64,000 bases of DNA from an uncultured Eubacteriales bacterium (lineage in GTDB: Bacteria; Bacillota; Clostridia; Peptostreptococcales; Anaerovoracaceae), in contig CACYYH010000002.1 in NCBI GenBank assembly GCA_902778565.1, positions 5,659 through 69,658 on the forward strand, in the 5' to 3' direction. A model generated the notes under the pieces. That model was not told the DNA's origin and did no database searches. It saw only the letters and a program-made list of their open reading frames with translations. Positions 18,734-27,377 of the stretch are shown here, piece by piece. A program made the translations under genes and the position numbers. The stretch's first letter is position 1. Each line of letters begins with the position of its first letter.

Positions 18734-19675
18734 ATGCTGAATAATTTTTTATTGTCATTACAAGCGGTCCTTCCGATGTTCATAATCATTTTCGTGGGAT
18801 ACTTTATACGTCGTAAGGACCTCATATCAGACGCGCAGGTGAAGGCTTTCAATAAGATCATCTTCATTGTGTGTTTTCCATGTCTGAGTTTTGATAATAT
18901 TTATGGCAAAAACATAACCGGAGCAGATTATAAAGTTGTCTGGGTCACGCTTTTAGCTCTTGCCATAATCTATGCGCTTGGTACGGTCATTGTGCTTTCC
19001 GTTGAAAAGGACAGCAGAAGCAGAGGCGCCATGATCCAGGCTATTTACAGATCTAATGTAGTAATAATGGGTATATCAATGGTCCAGAATCTTTTCGGTT
19101 CGGACATTGACATATCTATCACCGCTATAATAATCGCCATAGTCGTTCCTGTTTATAATGTCCTTGCAGTCATAACGCTGGAAATATACAGAGGAGGAAG
19201 ATTACACCTCAAAGATATACTGATCTCTATCGCAACTAATCCGATCATTATCGGATCTGCAGCAGGAATACTGGCTGTGATATTCGGTCTGACCCTTCCG
19301 GAAGTCATGTACAAACCAGTAGCTTCTCTGGCTGATGCTGCTTCGCCGATGGCATTGCTGGTCCTTGGAGCTTCCTTTAACTTAAAGTCTCTGAGCTCAA
19401 ATATCAGGAATGTGGCTATCTGCGTGATAGGAAGGCTAATAGTTGCCCCTTCCATAGGGTTATTCCTGTTATACACAGCAGGTATAAGAGGAGTAGCTCT
19501 GGCAACAGCAGTCGCTGTCTTTGCATCTCCTACTGCGGTAGCCAGCTATACTATGGCTCAGCAGATGGATTCAAATGGAGAGCTGGCAGGTGAATGCGTT
19601 GTGGTCTCATCACTGTTTTCATGTTTCACTATGTTCATGTGGGTATTCATTCTGAAATGCACCGGACTGATATAA
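18734..19675 (+). CDS. AEC (auxin efflux carrier) family permease
   Basis: 313-aa polytopic membrane protein. N-terminus MLNNFLLSLQAVLPMFIIIFVGYFIRR is typical of AEC/malate-permease-like transporters. Confidence 0.8.
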   Translation: MLNNFLLSLQAVLPMFIIIFVGYFIRRKDLISDAQVKAFNKIIFIVCFPCLSFDNIYGKNITGADYKVVWVTLLALAIIYALGTVIVLSVEKDSRSRGAMIQAIYRSNVVIMGISMVQNLFGSDIDISITAIIIAIVVPVYNVLAVITLEIYRGGRLHLKDILISIATNPIIIGSAAGILAVIFGLTLPEVMYKPVASLADAASPMALLVLGASFNLKSLSSNIRNVAICVIGRLIVAPSIGLFLLYTAGIRGVALATAVAVFASPTAVASYTMAQQMDSNGELAGECVVVSSLFSCFTMFMWVFILKCTGLI

Positions 19676-19759
19676 TGCCCAGGTTCAGACATACTTCTAA
19701 AGGAGCGTTTACATGATTTTTACCGACTGATTCTGCATTTAATGTTTTCAGCGTAGTTT

Positions 19760-19775
19760 TGGAACAACTTTTGCA
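19760..19775 (+). promoter_or_regulatory. Sigma-54 (-24/-12) promoter
   Basis: TGGAACAACTTTTGCA with exact GG/GC spacing, 62 nt upstream of ATG 19838. Confidence 0.65.
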
Positions 19776-19837
19776 TTTTAATTATGTAGTTATCGTTAAA
19801 CCACCACTTAATACTTTTCAGAAAAGAGGTTTTTAAT

Positions 19838-20698
19838 ATGAACGAGAAAAGAATCATCACCTGTGCACTTACCGGAAACTGGGGCCAGAAAAAAAATAAT
19901 CCCAACATTCCACTGTCCCCTGCTGAGATCCACGAGTCTGCAGAAGCAGCCATCGCAGAAGGCGCATCAGTCCTTCACATCCATGCCAGAAATGACGAAG
20001 GCATGCCCACATGCGACCCTGAGAGATTTGCAGAGATCGTAGAACCTATCAGAGCCAAGCATCCTGACATTATTATTAACCTTACATCTTCAGGAGAGCA
20101 CTCATTTACCGATATAGCCCCTGATGAAAAGAGGATCGCTCCGTTTTACAGAGTTAAGTCAGAGCTGGGTACATATGACTGTGGAACGCTTAACTGGATG
20201 CATAAGACTATCTTTGAGAATAACCCGCAATTCCTCGAAAAACTGGGTACCGCATATAATGAGTTAGGCGTTAAACCGGAGATCGAGATTTTTGATGCGG
20301 GTATGATAGACACAGCTAAGCATTATCTGAAGACCGGTATTCTGAAAGCTCCAGCACACTTTGCTTTCATCTTAGGAGCTGCCAGCGGCATGCCTGCAAC
20401 CCCTGAGAACCTTTGCTTCCTGGTTAGACAGCTCCCCGAAGGATCCACTTTCTCCGCAAACGGAATGGGAGCAAATCACGTTCCTATCATCATGACTTCC
20501 TTGGCTTTGGGCGGACACGTCAGAGTTGGAATTGAAGATAATATCTACTTCAAAAAAGGCGTAGTCGCTGAATCCAACGCACAGTTCGTAAAGCAGGCTG
20601 CTGACCTCATCAAAGCTGCAGGCCTGGAAGTGGCTACTCCAAAAGAAGCCAGAGAGATCCTTTCAATAGAAAAGTTCCAGAATAAGCAGTGGGACTGA
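19838..20698 (+). CDS. BKACE family enzyme (beta-keto acid cleavage enzyme, DUF849; 3-keto-5-aminohexanoate cleavage enzyme-like)
   Basis: 286 aa. N-terminus IITCALTGNWGQKKNNPNIPLSPAEI...VLHIHARNDEG is typical of DUF849. RBS AAGAGG. Confidence 0.8.
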   Translation: MNEKRIITCALTGNWGQKKNNPNIPLSPAEIHESAEAAIAEGASVLHIHARNDEGMPTCDPERFAEIVEPIRAKHPDIIINLTSSGEHSFTDIAPDEKRIAPFYRVKSELGTYDCGTLNWMHKTIFENNPQFLEKLGTAYNELGVKPEIEIFDAGMIDTAKHYLKTGILKAPAHFAFILGAASGMPATPENLCFLVRQLPEGSTFSANGMGANHVPIIMTSLALGGHVRVGIEDNIYFKKGVVAESNAQFVKQAADLIKAAGLEVATPKEAREILSIEKFQNKQWD

Positions 20699-20717
20699 TA
20701 ATATAACTGCAAATCAC

Positions 20718-20750
20718 AAGACCCGGGATATCTGATACCCGGGTCTTATT
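20718..20750. terminator. Hairpin terminator between convergent genes
   Basis: AAGACCCGGG-loop-CCCGGGTCTT followed by ATT. Confidence 0.6.
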
Positions 20751-20790
20751 ACGTAAAGAAGGGAACTTTGAAAAAATATCAGTATTGATA

Positions 20791-21552
20791 TCAGAATTCC
20801 AGGTAGTGCGGCGGTAAACCCTCAAGTATATCACTCGTTAAGCTATAGGATGCGATGGGATATCTGAGGCCGTTCTTGCTCATGATCTTCAGTCCTTCCA
20901 ATGCTTTGACCGTATCCTCAGGTGAAAAAGACACTCTTACGTCCGTTTCAGACATGCCGGCGAATTTTTTATCCGCATAGCAAGGGAGTCCAAGCCCGGG
21001 CTTACCGGTGTTAAAAGTCTTGCACCAGCAGTCAGAACATGTGGATTCTCCTGAGAAAGTGAACTGAAATCTCTCATAATCATGCACCTGAAGTCCTCCA
21101 AGAAGCATGAATGCCTGAGCAGGAGTAACGTGGAATACGACTACGTCCGGATCTATCCTTTCAGATACAAGGGGCGAGGCGACAACCGCTATATATTTTG
21201 CCGGTACACATTCAAGTTCTCTGTTATGTGCTTTAGATGCTTCGATATTATCGAACCATACGTTATTGAACATCTCGCCTGAGTACCATTTATCATCCCT
21301 TTCAAACATTCCGTTGATGCCTCTGCAATAATTGGCATGTATGTTTTCCGGCTTGCAGGCACTTGTCCAGTTGAACTGAGCCGCATGGCTTACGATCGTG
21401 CAGGGAGGCATATGCTTTTTATGGATCCTTACCTTTGGAATGGCCATAAGTTCTTCTTCTGTCTCGATCCATTTCATGGCGACCGGCGGGGTGCTGAGCC
21501 TCAAAAGAGATATAAATTCGGGGGCGATTTCTTTCCAATTGTATTTTTCCAT
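20791..21552 (-). CDS. DUF169 domain protein
   Basis: AAGGTGA lies 5 nt before ATG 21552 (MEKYNWKEI...). The ORF-track start at 21561 is GTG. Size of about 250 aa and conserved Cys pattern are typical of DUF169. Confidence 0.75.
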   Translation of the reverse strand: MEKYNWKEIAPEFISLLRLSTPPVAMKWIETEEELMAIPKVRIHKKHMPPCTIVSHAAQFNWTSACKPENIHANYCRGINGMFERDDKWYSGEMFNNVWFDNIEASKAHNRELECVPAKYIAVVASPLVSERIDPDVVVFHVTPAQAFMLLGGLQVHDYERFQFTFSGESTCSDCWCKTFNTGKPGLGLPCYADKKFAGMSETDVRVSFSPEDTVKALEGLKIMSKNGLRYPIASYSLTSDILEGLPPHYLEF

Positions 21553-21657
21553 ATTCTTCACCTTGTGCTTTTAAGTTGAATTTGACTCAGAAGTATATAC
21601 CATTTAAGTCATTTGTGGTTTAAAGAGTCAGTTTTAATATTCACGTACAATAAAATA

Positions 21658-21674
21658 TTGCAAATCTTATGCCA
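21658..21674 (-). promoter_or_regulatory. Sigma-54 (-24/-12) promoter
   Basis: Minus strand TGGCATAAGATTTGCAA with exact spacing, about 105 nt upstream of ATG 21552. Confidence 0.75.
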
Positions 21675-21727
21675 TCGAATTACTTTTAAAATCTCTCTTT
21701 ATGCTCGCTTCACGCTGTATTTTTTCA

Positions 21728-21772
21728 ATAAAAAAGCCCCTCGCATTCAGATATTTCCCGAATGTGAGGAGC
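21728..21772 (-). terminator. Intrinsic terminator after the crotonase gene
   Basis: Minus strand CTCCTCACATTCGG-loop-CTGAATGCGAGGGG followed by CTTTTTTATT. Confidence 0.7.
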
Positions 21773-21803
21773 TGTTTCTCGTGTCTTTATTTCCGAGTAC
21801 TTT

Positions 21804-22580
21804 TTATTTGTTCTTGAACTCTGCAGGTCTCTTCTCGAGGAATGCTGCCATTCCTTCCTTCTGATCTTCCGTTCCGAAGCACTTAGCGAACCACTTGCTC
21901 TCTGTCTTGACGCCTCCGTCGATATCGAGCTGATAGCCCTCGTCGATGGCCTTCTTGCAGTTAGCTACAGCGATAGGAGCGTTCTTTGTAAAGGAATTCA
22001 TGAGTTCCATTACCTTATCCATGAGTTCTTCAGGAGCAACGAGCTTATCTACGATACCAAGCTCATATGCTTCCTGTGCGCTGATAACTCTTGCGCTGAA
22101 AATCAGTTCCTTAGCTTTGGAAACGCCGATCTTTCTGGGAAGTCTCTGGGTTCCGCCGAAGCCGGGGGTGATTCCCAGTCCTGCTTCAGGCTGTCCGAAC
22201 TTAGCCTTTTCACTGGCTACGATGTAGTCGCTTGTCATGGCAAGTTCGCATCCGCCGCCCAGTGCAAATCCGTTGACGGCAGCGATTACAGGTATGTCAA
22301 GCAGTTCGATCTTTCTGAAAACGCCGTTGCCATAAACACCGAAGTTGAAACCTTCTTCTTCATTCATAACGCTCATAGCGGCAATATCAGCGCCTGCAAC
22401 GAATGACCTTCCTGCGCCTGTTAAGATGAGTCCTCTGATATTCTTGTCTGCCTTGATCTCATCAAGCACTTTATCGAGATCAGCCAGAACCTGATTGTTG
22501 ATAGCGTTCAGCGCCTTCTCTCTGTTGATGGTTACGATAGCGATGGAATCTTTTACTTCATAAATAATGGTCTCGTACAT
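21804..22580 (-). CDS. crt: Enoyl-CoA hydratase (crotonase family)
   Basis: 258 aa. ...GAGRSFVAGADI... and AAVNGFALGGGCELAM are typical short-chain crotonase motifs. Confidence 0.9.
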   Translation of the reverse strand: MYETIIYEVKDSIAIVTINREKALNAINNQVLADLDKVLDEIKADKNIRGLILTGAGRSFVAGADIAAMSVMNEEEGFNFGVYGNGVFRKIELLDIPVIAAVNGFALGGGCELAMTSDYIVASEKAKFGQPEAGLGITPGFGGTQRLPRKIGVSKAKELIFSARVISAQEAYELGIVDKLVAPEELMDKVMELMNSFTKNAPIAVANCKKAIDEGYQLDIDGGVKTESKWFAKCFGTEDQKEGMAAFLEKRPAEFKNK

Positions 22581-22611
22581 TTCTCTTTCTCCTGTTCGAT
22601 TTATATTATTT

Positions 22612-23595
22612 TTATCCTCTTATCAGTCCTGCAAGCTCCGACGGGCTGATCCCGGCCATATATTCGCCAAGGTCCAGCTCGTTAAGTTTATCTTCCAGTC
22701 TACTGTCAAGTATAACACCTTTGAGGCTTTCTTCCAAGTCCTCAATTTCTCGGTTCCCAAAGAAGTCTCCGTAAAATCGTATATCTGCGATCCGTCCGTC
22801 TTTGGCGGTGAGATGCACGGTAACGAGTCCCGCATCGAATTTTTCTTCCCTGGTCATTTCGTATGCAACTGCTTTTCCATAGTTCCATTCCCAGGTGGAA
22901 TACTTTTCATCCCTGAGTCTGTTGATCTCTGCAATATCCGCAGGCGTGAGTTCGTAAGGCTCTACGCTTTCGTCTCCCAGGATATGCGCTTTAAGCGCCG
23001 CCTTAAAAGCCTCCATGCTGATCTTCTCAGGTGCGTGAGCATTTATGGTGGTGACCCGGGACCTAACCGACTTGGAACTCTTCGACTTGAACTTGGCCTC
23101 CTTTACCCTGAGAGCATCGGCCACTTTCTCAAGGTCTGAGTCCAGCATGATGCATCCATGATGCATCACCCTGTCCTTCTTCACGTACTGGGAATTGCCG
23201 GATATCTTCATACCTTCGATCAGTATATCGTTCCTGCCGCTGAATTCGGCGTCCACGCCAAAGCCTTTCAGAGTCTCCACCACCGGCTCAACAAAGACCT
23301 TGAAATTCATGCCTTCAATATCCTGACGGTCCACTATAAAGGTGAAGTTCAGGTTTCCCATGTCATGATAGACCGCACCTCCGCCTGACAGTCTGCGTGC
23401 TACTTTGATGCCCTTCTCATCCACCGCCTTCTGGTTCACCTCTTCAAAGGCATTCTGAAACTTGCCGATGACGATGGTATTGGCGTTCTGCCAGAGCATG
23501 AAGTAGCTTTCATCCTTCGGAAGACGCTCAAAAACATACTCTTCGAGAGCAAGGTTGAAATATGGATCTGTACTGTTGGATTCGATGTATTTCAT
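22612..23595 (-). CDS. lplA: Lipoate-protein ligase A
   Basis: MKYIESNSTDPYFNLALEEYVF... is the usual LplA N-terminus. The ORF-track start at 23643 is GTG and lies inside the promoter described next. Confidence 0.8.
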   Translation of the reverse strand: MKYIESNSTDPYFNLALEEYVFERLPKDESYFMLWQNANTIVIGKFQNAFEEVNQKAVDEKGIKVARRLSGGGAVYHDMGNLNFTFIVDRQDIEGMNFKVFVEPVVETLKGFGVDAEFSGRNDILIEGMKISGNSQYVKKDRVMHHGCIMLDSDLEKVADALRVKEAKFKSKSSKSVRSRVTTINAHAPEKISMEAFKAALKAHILGDESVEPYELTPADIAEINRLRDEKYSTWEWNYGKAVAYEMTREEKFDAGLVTVHLTAKDGRIADIRFYGDFFGNREIEDLEESLKGVILDSRLEDKLNELDLGEYMAGISPSELAGLIRG

Positions 23596-23601
23596 GGTTA
23601 G

Positions 23602-23630
23602 ATTATAACGGCAAATATATGGCAGTTCAA
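23602..23630 (-). promoter_or_regulatory. Sigma-A type promoter placed for a leaderless lplA mRNA
   Basis: Minus strand TTGAAC-N17-TATAAT, then CTAACC, then ATG (23595). No SD sequence precedes this ATG. Confidence 0.5.
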
Positions 23631-23670
23631 GATTCTTTGGCACCCCAAAGAAACGCTGCTCATCCTGTGC

Positions 23671-24090
23671 TTAAATTATGTATTCCTGTCCTTCGCCTTT
23701 TATTACTAGTTCTCCATTTTGGTTGAAGCACTCTGTTCTTACGACCACTCTGTGCTTCTCTTCCAGTTTATCTATAACTTCAGCCCTGGCAGTGATAACG
23801 TCTCCCACAAATACCGGCTTTATAAACTTCAAGGTCTGTCCTGAATAAACATTCCCGAAGGTTGCCTTTGTCATTATAGTCGATATCAGGCCTGCGACCA
23901 TTAACCCCGGAGCGATGACTTTACCGAAACGCGTGGTCCTGGCATAATCTTCATCCACATGGACGGGATTATCATCTCCCATCATTTCTACCCACGTGAT
24001 AATGTCTTCCTTGGTTATCGTTTTGGTGAAAGCATATGTTTCTCCGATATCGATATCGTCCCAACTTTTTATTTTATGAGAATCACTCAT
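23671..24090 (-). CDS. MaoC-like (R)-specific enoyl-CoA hydratase/dehydratase (copy 1)
   Basis: GAGAGGA lies 7 nt before ATG 24090 (MSDSHKIKSWDDIDIGE...). Hot-dog fold motif DDNPVHVD. Confidence 0.85.
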   Translation of the reverse strand: MSDSHKIKSWDDIDIGETYAFTKTITKEDIITWVEMMGDDNPVHVDEDYARTTRFGKVIAPGLMVAGLISTIMTKATFGNVYSGQTLKFIKPVFVGDVITARAEVIDKLEEKHRVVVRTECFNQNGELVIKGEGQEYII

Positions 24091-24241
24091 ACTTAATCCT
24101 CTCTTTCTGAACTGCAAAGTTCGGCTATAGTATAACACATCTCCACCTAAAAAGCTAAACCAGAAAGTGCCTGAAGCGTAATTCGCTTCAGGCACCTTCT
24201 AAATAAGCGTATAGGAAAAAATTTCTTCAGAATTTCTTCTT

Positions 24242-25369
24242 TTAGTCCTCTTCTTTGATCTTCTTTATGGAATCGATCAGTAGCGGAGTTACCTTGAACA
24301 GGTCTCCTACGATACCATAGTCTGCGATCTCGAAGATGGGCGCTGTCTCATTCTTGTTGACAGCTATTATGGTTCCGGATTCCTTCATGCCGGCCTGATG
24401 CTGGATGGCTCCGGAAATACCCAGTGCAACATATACCTTAGGATGTACTGTCTTTCCGGTCTGTCCTACCTGATGGTCAGCTGAAAGCCAGCCTGCATCT
24501 ACTACAGCACGGGAGGATCCTACAACGCCGCCAAGTACGTCTGCCAGTTCTTCTGCCAGCTTGATTCCGCCCTCAACATCCTTTGAGATACCACGTCCTA
24601 CAGAAACGATGTAGTCTGCGCCGATGAGGTCCACCAGCTTCCTTGCAGCCTTTACGACTTCCAGTACTTCTGTCTGGAAATCTGCTTCGGAAAGTTCAAA
24701 TGCAGGGTGGATGATCTCGCAGTCATGAGGTGTATCCAGCACTACCTTCTTCATAACGCCGGGACGTACAGTTGCCATCGACGGTCTGAATCTCGGGCAG
24801 ACGATGGAAGCCATAAGGTTTCCGCCGAATGCAGGACGGGTCATCTTCATATCCATATTGATATCATGTTCTTCGCCAAAAAGTTTGATGACGCCAAGTC
24901 CGGAAATTCTTTCTTCTGTCAGTGTGGATGCTTCTCTTAAGAAGTCCTTGTATGTCGGCATATCGATGTCAAGGTGTGTGCAGTCTGCACAAAGTCCGGT
25001 GTGAAGTCTGGCAGCGCATCTGGGTGCCAGGTCACGTCCGATGTTGGAAGCTCCGAAGATCATGATCTCGGGCTTGAATTCCTGAACTGCTTCGCAGATG
25101 ATCTTGGTATATCCCTCTGTGGTGTAGTTCTTAAGGAAAGGGCTGTCATAAACGTAAACCTTGTCTGCCCCGTATTTGCCCAGATCCTGAGCCAGTTCCT
25201 CGATGTTATCGCCAAGGAGAATTCCACAAAGTTCAACGTTCAGTTCATTTGCCAGTTTTCTTCCTTCTGAAAGAAGCTCATAGGAAGTGGGCATCATTTT
25301 GCCCTGACGCTGTTCGCAATATACCCAAACATTTTTGAAGCTTGCTATGTCTCTGCTATCGTAAGCCAT
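24242..25369 (-). CDS. etfA: Electron transfer flavoprotein alpha subunit
   Basis: 375 aa. ...RPAFGGN... and GISGAIQHQAGM are present. An extra segment of about 32 aa sits between LDID and TRPAFGGN. Confidence 0.9.
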   Translation of the reverse strand: MAYDSRDIASFKNVWVYCEQRQGKMMPTSYELLSEGRKLANELNVELCGILLGDNIEELAQDLGKYGADKVYVYDSPFLKNYTTEGYTKIICEAVQEFKPEIMIFGASNIGRDLAPRCAARLHTGLCADCTHLDIDMPTYKDFLREASTLTEERISGLGVIKLFGEEHDINMDMKMTRPAFGGNLMASIVCPRFRPSMATVRPGVMKKVVLDTPHDCEIIHPAFELSEADFQTEVLEVVKAARKLVDLIGADYIVSVGRGISKDVEGGIKLAEELADVLGGVVGSSRAVVDAGWLSADHQVGQTGKTVHPKVYVALGISGAIQHQAGMKESGTIIAVNKNETAPIFEIADYGIVGDLFKVTPLLIDSIKKIKEED

Positions 25370-25385
25370 TTCAGTTCTCCTTTCG

Positions 25386-26186
25386 TTAAATTATGTGCTT
25401 GTTGGCAAGAATGCCTGCAAGCTCGTCAGTTGTTTCCTTCCCATTTCCTTTAAGCATAGTGCCTGCGCCCTTCAGAGGAGGGGTAAAGGAGGTGAGAATG
25501 TTGGTCGGGGAGCCCTGAAGTCCGATGGTAGACTTGTCCATTAAAGGATGATCCTTTAATTTCTCATAGTCGAATACCTGGAGCGGCTTCTCATAAGTAT
25601 TGAGTATATCCCAGACGTTCATGAATCTGGGTGTATTGAGTTCCTTGATACAGGTTACGAGACAAGGTGTCTTTACCTTGAGCATCATATATCCGTCTTC
25701 AAGAATCCTCTTGATGGTAAGTGTATTTCCATCCTTCTTGATCTCGCCTGCATAGGAAACCTGTGGAAGTCCAAGTTTCTCGGCGATCTGAGGTCCGACC
25801 TGCGCGGTATCTCCGTCGATAGCCTGACGTCCGCTCATGATGATGTCATCCTCATCGATTCCATAAGTATCGATGGCAGCTGCCAGGATCTGGGATGTTG
25901 CGTATGTATCAGATCCTCCGAATTCTCTTCCGGAAACCAGAATGGATTCATCAACGCCCATTGCCATCAGTTCTCTCAGCATTCCTTCTGCAGGAGGAGG
26001 TCCCATGGTTATAGCTACTACCTTGCAGCCAAGTTCATCCTTGAGATCCAGCGCTGCTTCAACAGCGTTGAGGTCATCGGGGTTGATGATTGTCTGCATG
26101 GAAGCACGATTAAGGGTTCCATCCGGATTGACTGCGATCCTTCCGGAGGTATCAGGAACCTGTTTTACAGTTACTATAATCTTCAT
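25386..26186 (-). CDS. etfB: Electron transfer flavoprotein beta subunit
   Basis: 266 aa. N-terminus MKIIVTVKQVPDTSG is typical of EtfB/FixA. Confidence 0.9.
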   Translation of the reverse strand: MKIIVTVKQVPDTSGRIAVNPDGTLNRASMQTIINPDDLNAVEAALDLKDELGCKVVAITMGPPPAEGMLRELMAMGVDESILVSGREFGGSDTYATSQILAAAIDTYGIDEDDIIMSGRQAIDGDTAQVGPQIAEKLGLPQVSYAGEIKKDGNTLTIKRILEDGYMMLKVKTPCLVTCIKELNTPRFMNVWDILNTYEKPLQVFDYEKLKDHPLMDKSTIGLQGSPTNILTSFTPPLKGAGTMLKGNGKETTDELAGILANKHII

Positions 26187-26198
26187 CTGTGCGCCTCC

Positions 26199-27338
26199 TT
26201 ATAATCCCATATTTGCCGAAATAACTATTCTCTGAACTTCCGAGGTGCCTTCGTAGATCTCTGTGATCTTAGCATCTCTCATCATTCTTTCTACAGGATA
26301 GTCATTGGTGTATCCATATCCGCCGAACATCTGAACGACCTTTGTGGTGGTCTTCATTGCATGCTCGGAATTGAACAGTTTAGCCATAGCAGCATCCTTG
26401 GTGTATCTCTGTCCTGCAGCCTTCTTCAGTGCCGCCTGATAGATGAGGAGTCTGCCTGCTTCGCATCCCAGTTCCATATCAGCCAGTGTGAACTGTGTGT
26501 TCTGGAACTTGGATATGGGCTTGCCGAACTGTACTCTGCCCTTGGTGTAGTTGATGGCTTCTGCCAGAGCTCCCTCTGCGATGCCGAGGGCCTGAGCAGC
26601 GATTCCGATACGGCCTCCGTCAAGAGTAGCCATAGCGATCTTGAAGCCTTCGCCTTCTTTTCCAAGAAGGTTTTCCTTGGGAACGATGCAATCCTGGAAT
26701 ACTATTTCTGCTGTAGGAGATCCGTGAAGTCCCATCTTGACCTCATGCTTTCCTACGGAGAATCCGGGGAAGGTATTCTCTACTATGAATGCGGAAATGC
26801 CCTTTGTGCCCTTGGACTTATCTGTCATGGCAAATACAACGAACACTTCTGCTACGTATCCGTTAGTGATAAATATCTTGGATCCGTTCATTACGTAATG
26901 ATCCCCTTCAAGTACGCATTCAGTCTGTCCCTTGGATGCGTCAGAGCCTGCGTTAGGCTCAGTAAGGCAGAATGCTCCTACCTTGTGTCCTTTAGTAAGC
27001 ATAGGCAGATATTTTGCCTTTTGTTCTGCAGTACCATAAGTAAGGATGGGATCGCAGCAAAGTCCGTTATGAGTTGCAAGGATGTCAGCTGTGGATGCGC
27101 ACTGTTTAGCAAGCTCCTCAACTGCGATGGCAGCTGCGAGAGGATCTGCTCCGGCTCCGCCGTACTCTTTGGGTACGCACATGCCCATGATTCCGACATC
27201 AAACAACTTTTCTATGGTTTCCCTCGGATACTCTGCAGTACGGTCTGTTTCTGCAGTGATTGGCTTTACTACACTTTCGGTAAACTCAGCCATCATCTTA
27301 CGAACCAGTTTATGTTCGTTGCTAAGGTTAAAATCCAT
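26199..27338 (-). CDS. Acyl-CoA dehydrogenase (butyryl-CoA dehydrogenase-like)
   Basis: 379 aa. ...CLTEPNAGSD... and a C-terminal ...ITEIYEGTSEVQR motif. Confidence 0.9.
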   Translation of the reverse strand: MDFNLSNEHKLVRKMMAEFTESVVKPITAETDRTAEYPRETIEKLFDVGIMGMCVPKEYGGAGADPLAAAIAVEELAKQCASTADILATHNGLCCDPILTYGTAEQKAKYLPMLTKGHKVGAFCLTEPNAGSDASKGQTECVLEGDHYVMNGSKIFITNGYVAEVFVVFAMTDKSKGTKGISAFIVENTFPGFSVGKHEVKMGLHGSPTAEIVFQDCIVPKENLLGKEGEGFKIAMATLDGGRIGIAAQALGIAEGALAEAINYTKGRVQFGKPISKFQNTQFTLADMELGCEAGRLLIYQAALKKAAGQRYTKDAAMAKLFNSEHAMKTTTKVVQMFGGYGYTNDYPVERMMRDAKITEIYEGTSEVQRIVISANMGL

Positions 27339-27377
27339 TTTTATCTCCTCTTCTTGTTTAAATTATAAAGAATACAG

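Noticed and set aside
11428-24195. N-terminal extensions in the ORF track (for example dctQ to 12093, maoC to 24195, lplA to 23643, DUF169 to 21561; elsewhere purA from 59323, htrA from 53863, ddl to 52939, DUF4160 from 35367, DUF2442 from 35578)
   Set aside because: In each case a downstream ATG is preceded by a good Shine-Dalgarno sequence (or a promoter, for lplA) and coincides with the conserved family N-terminus. The extensions begin at GTG/TTG or lack an RBS.
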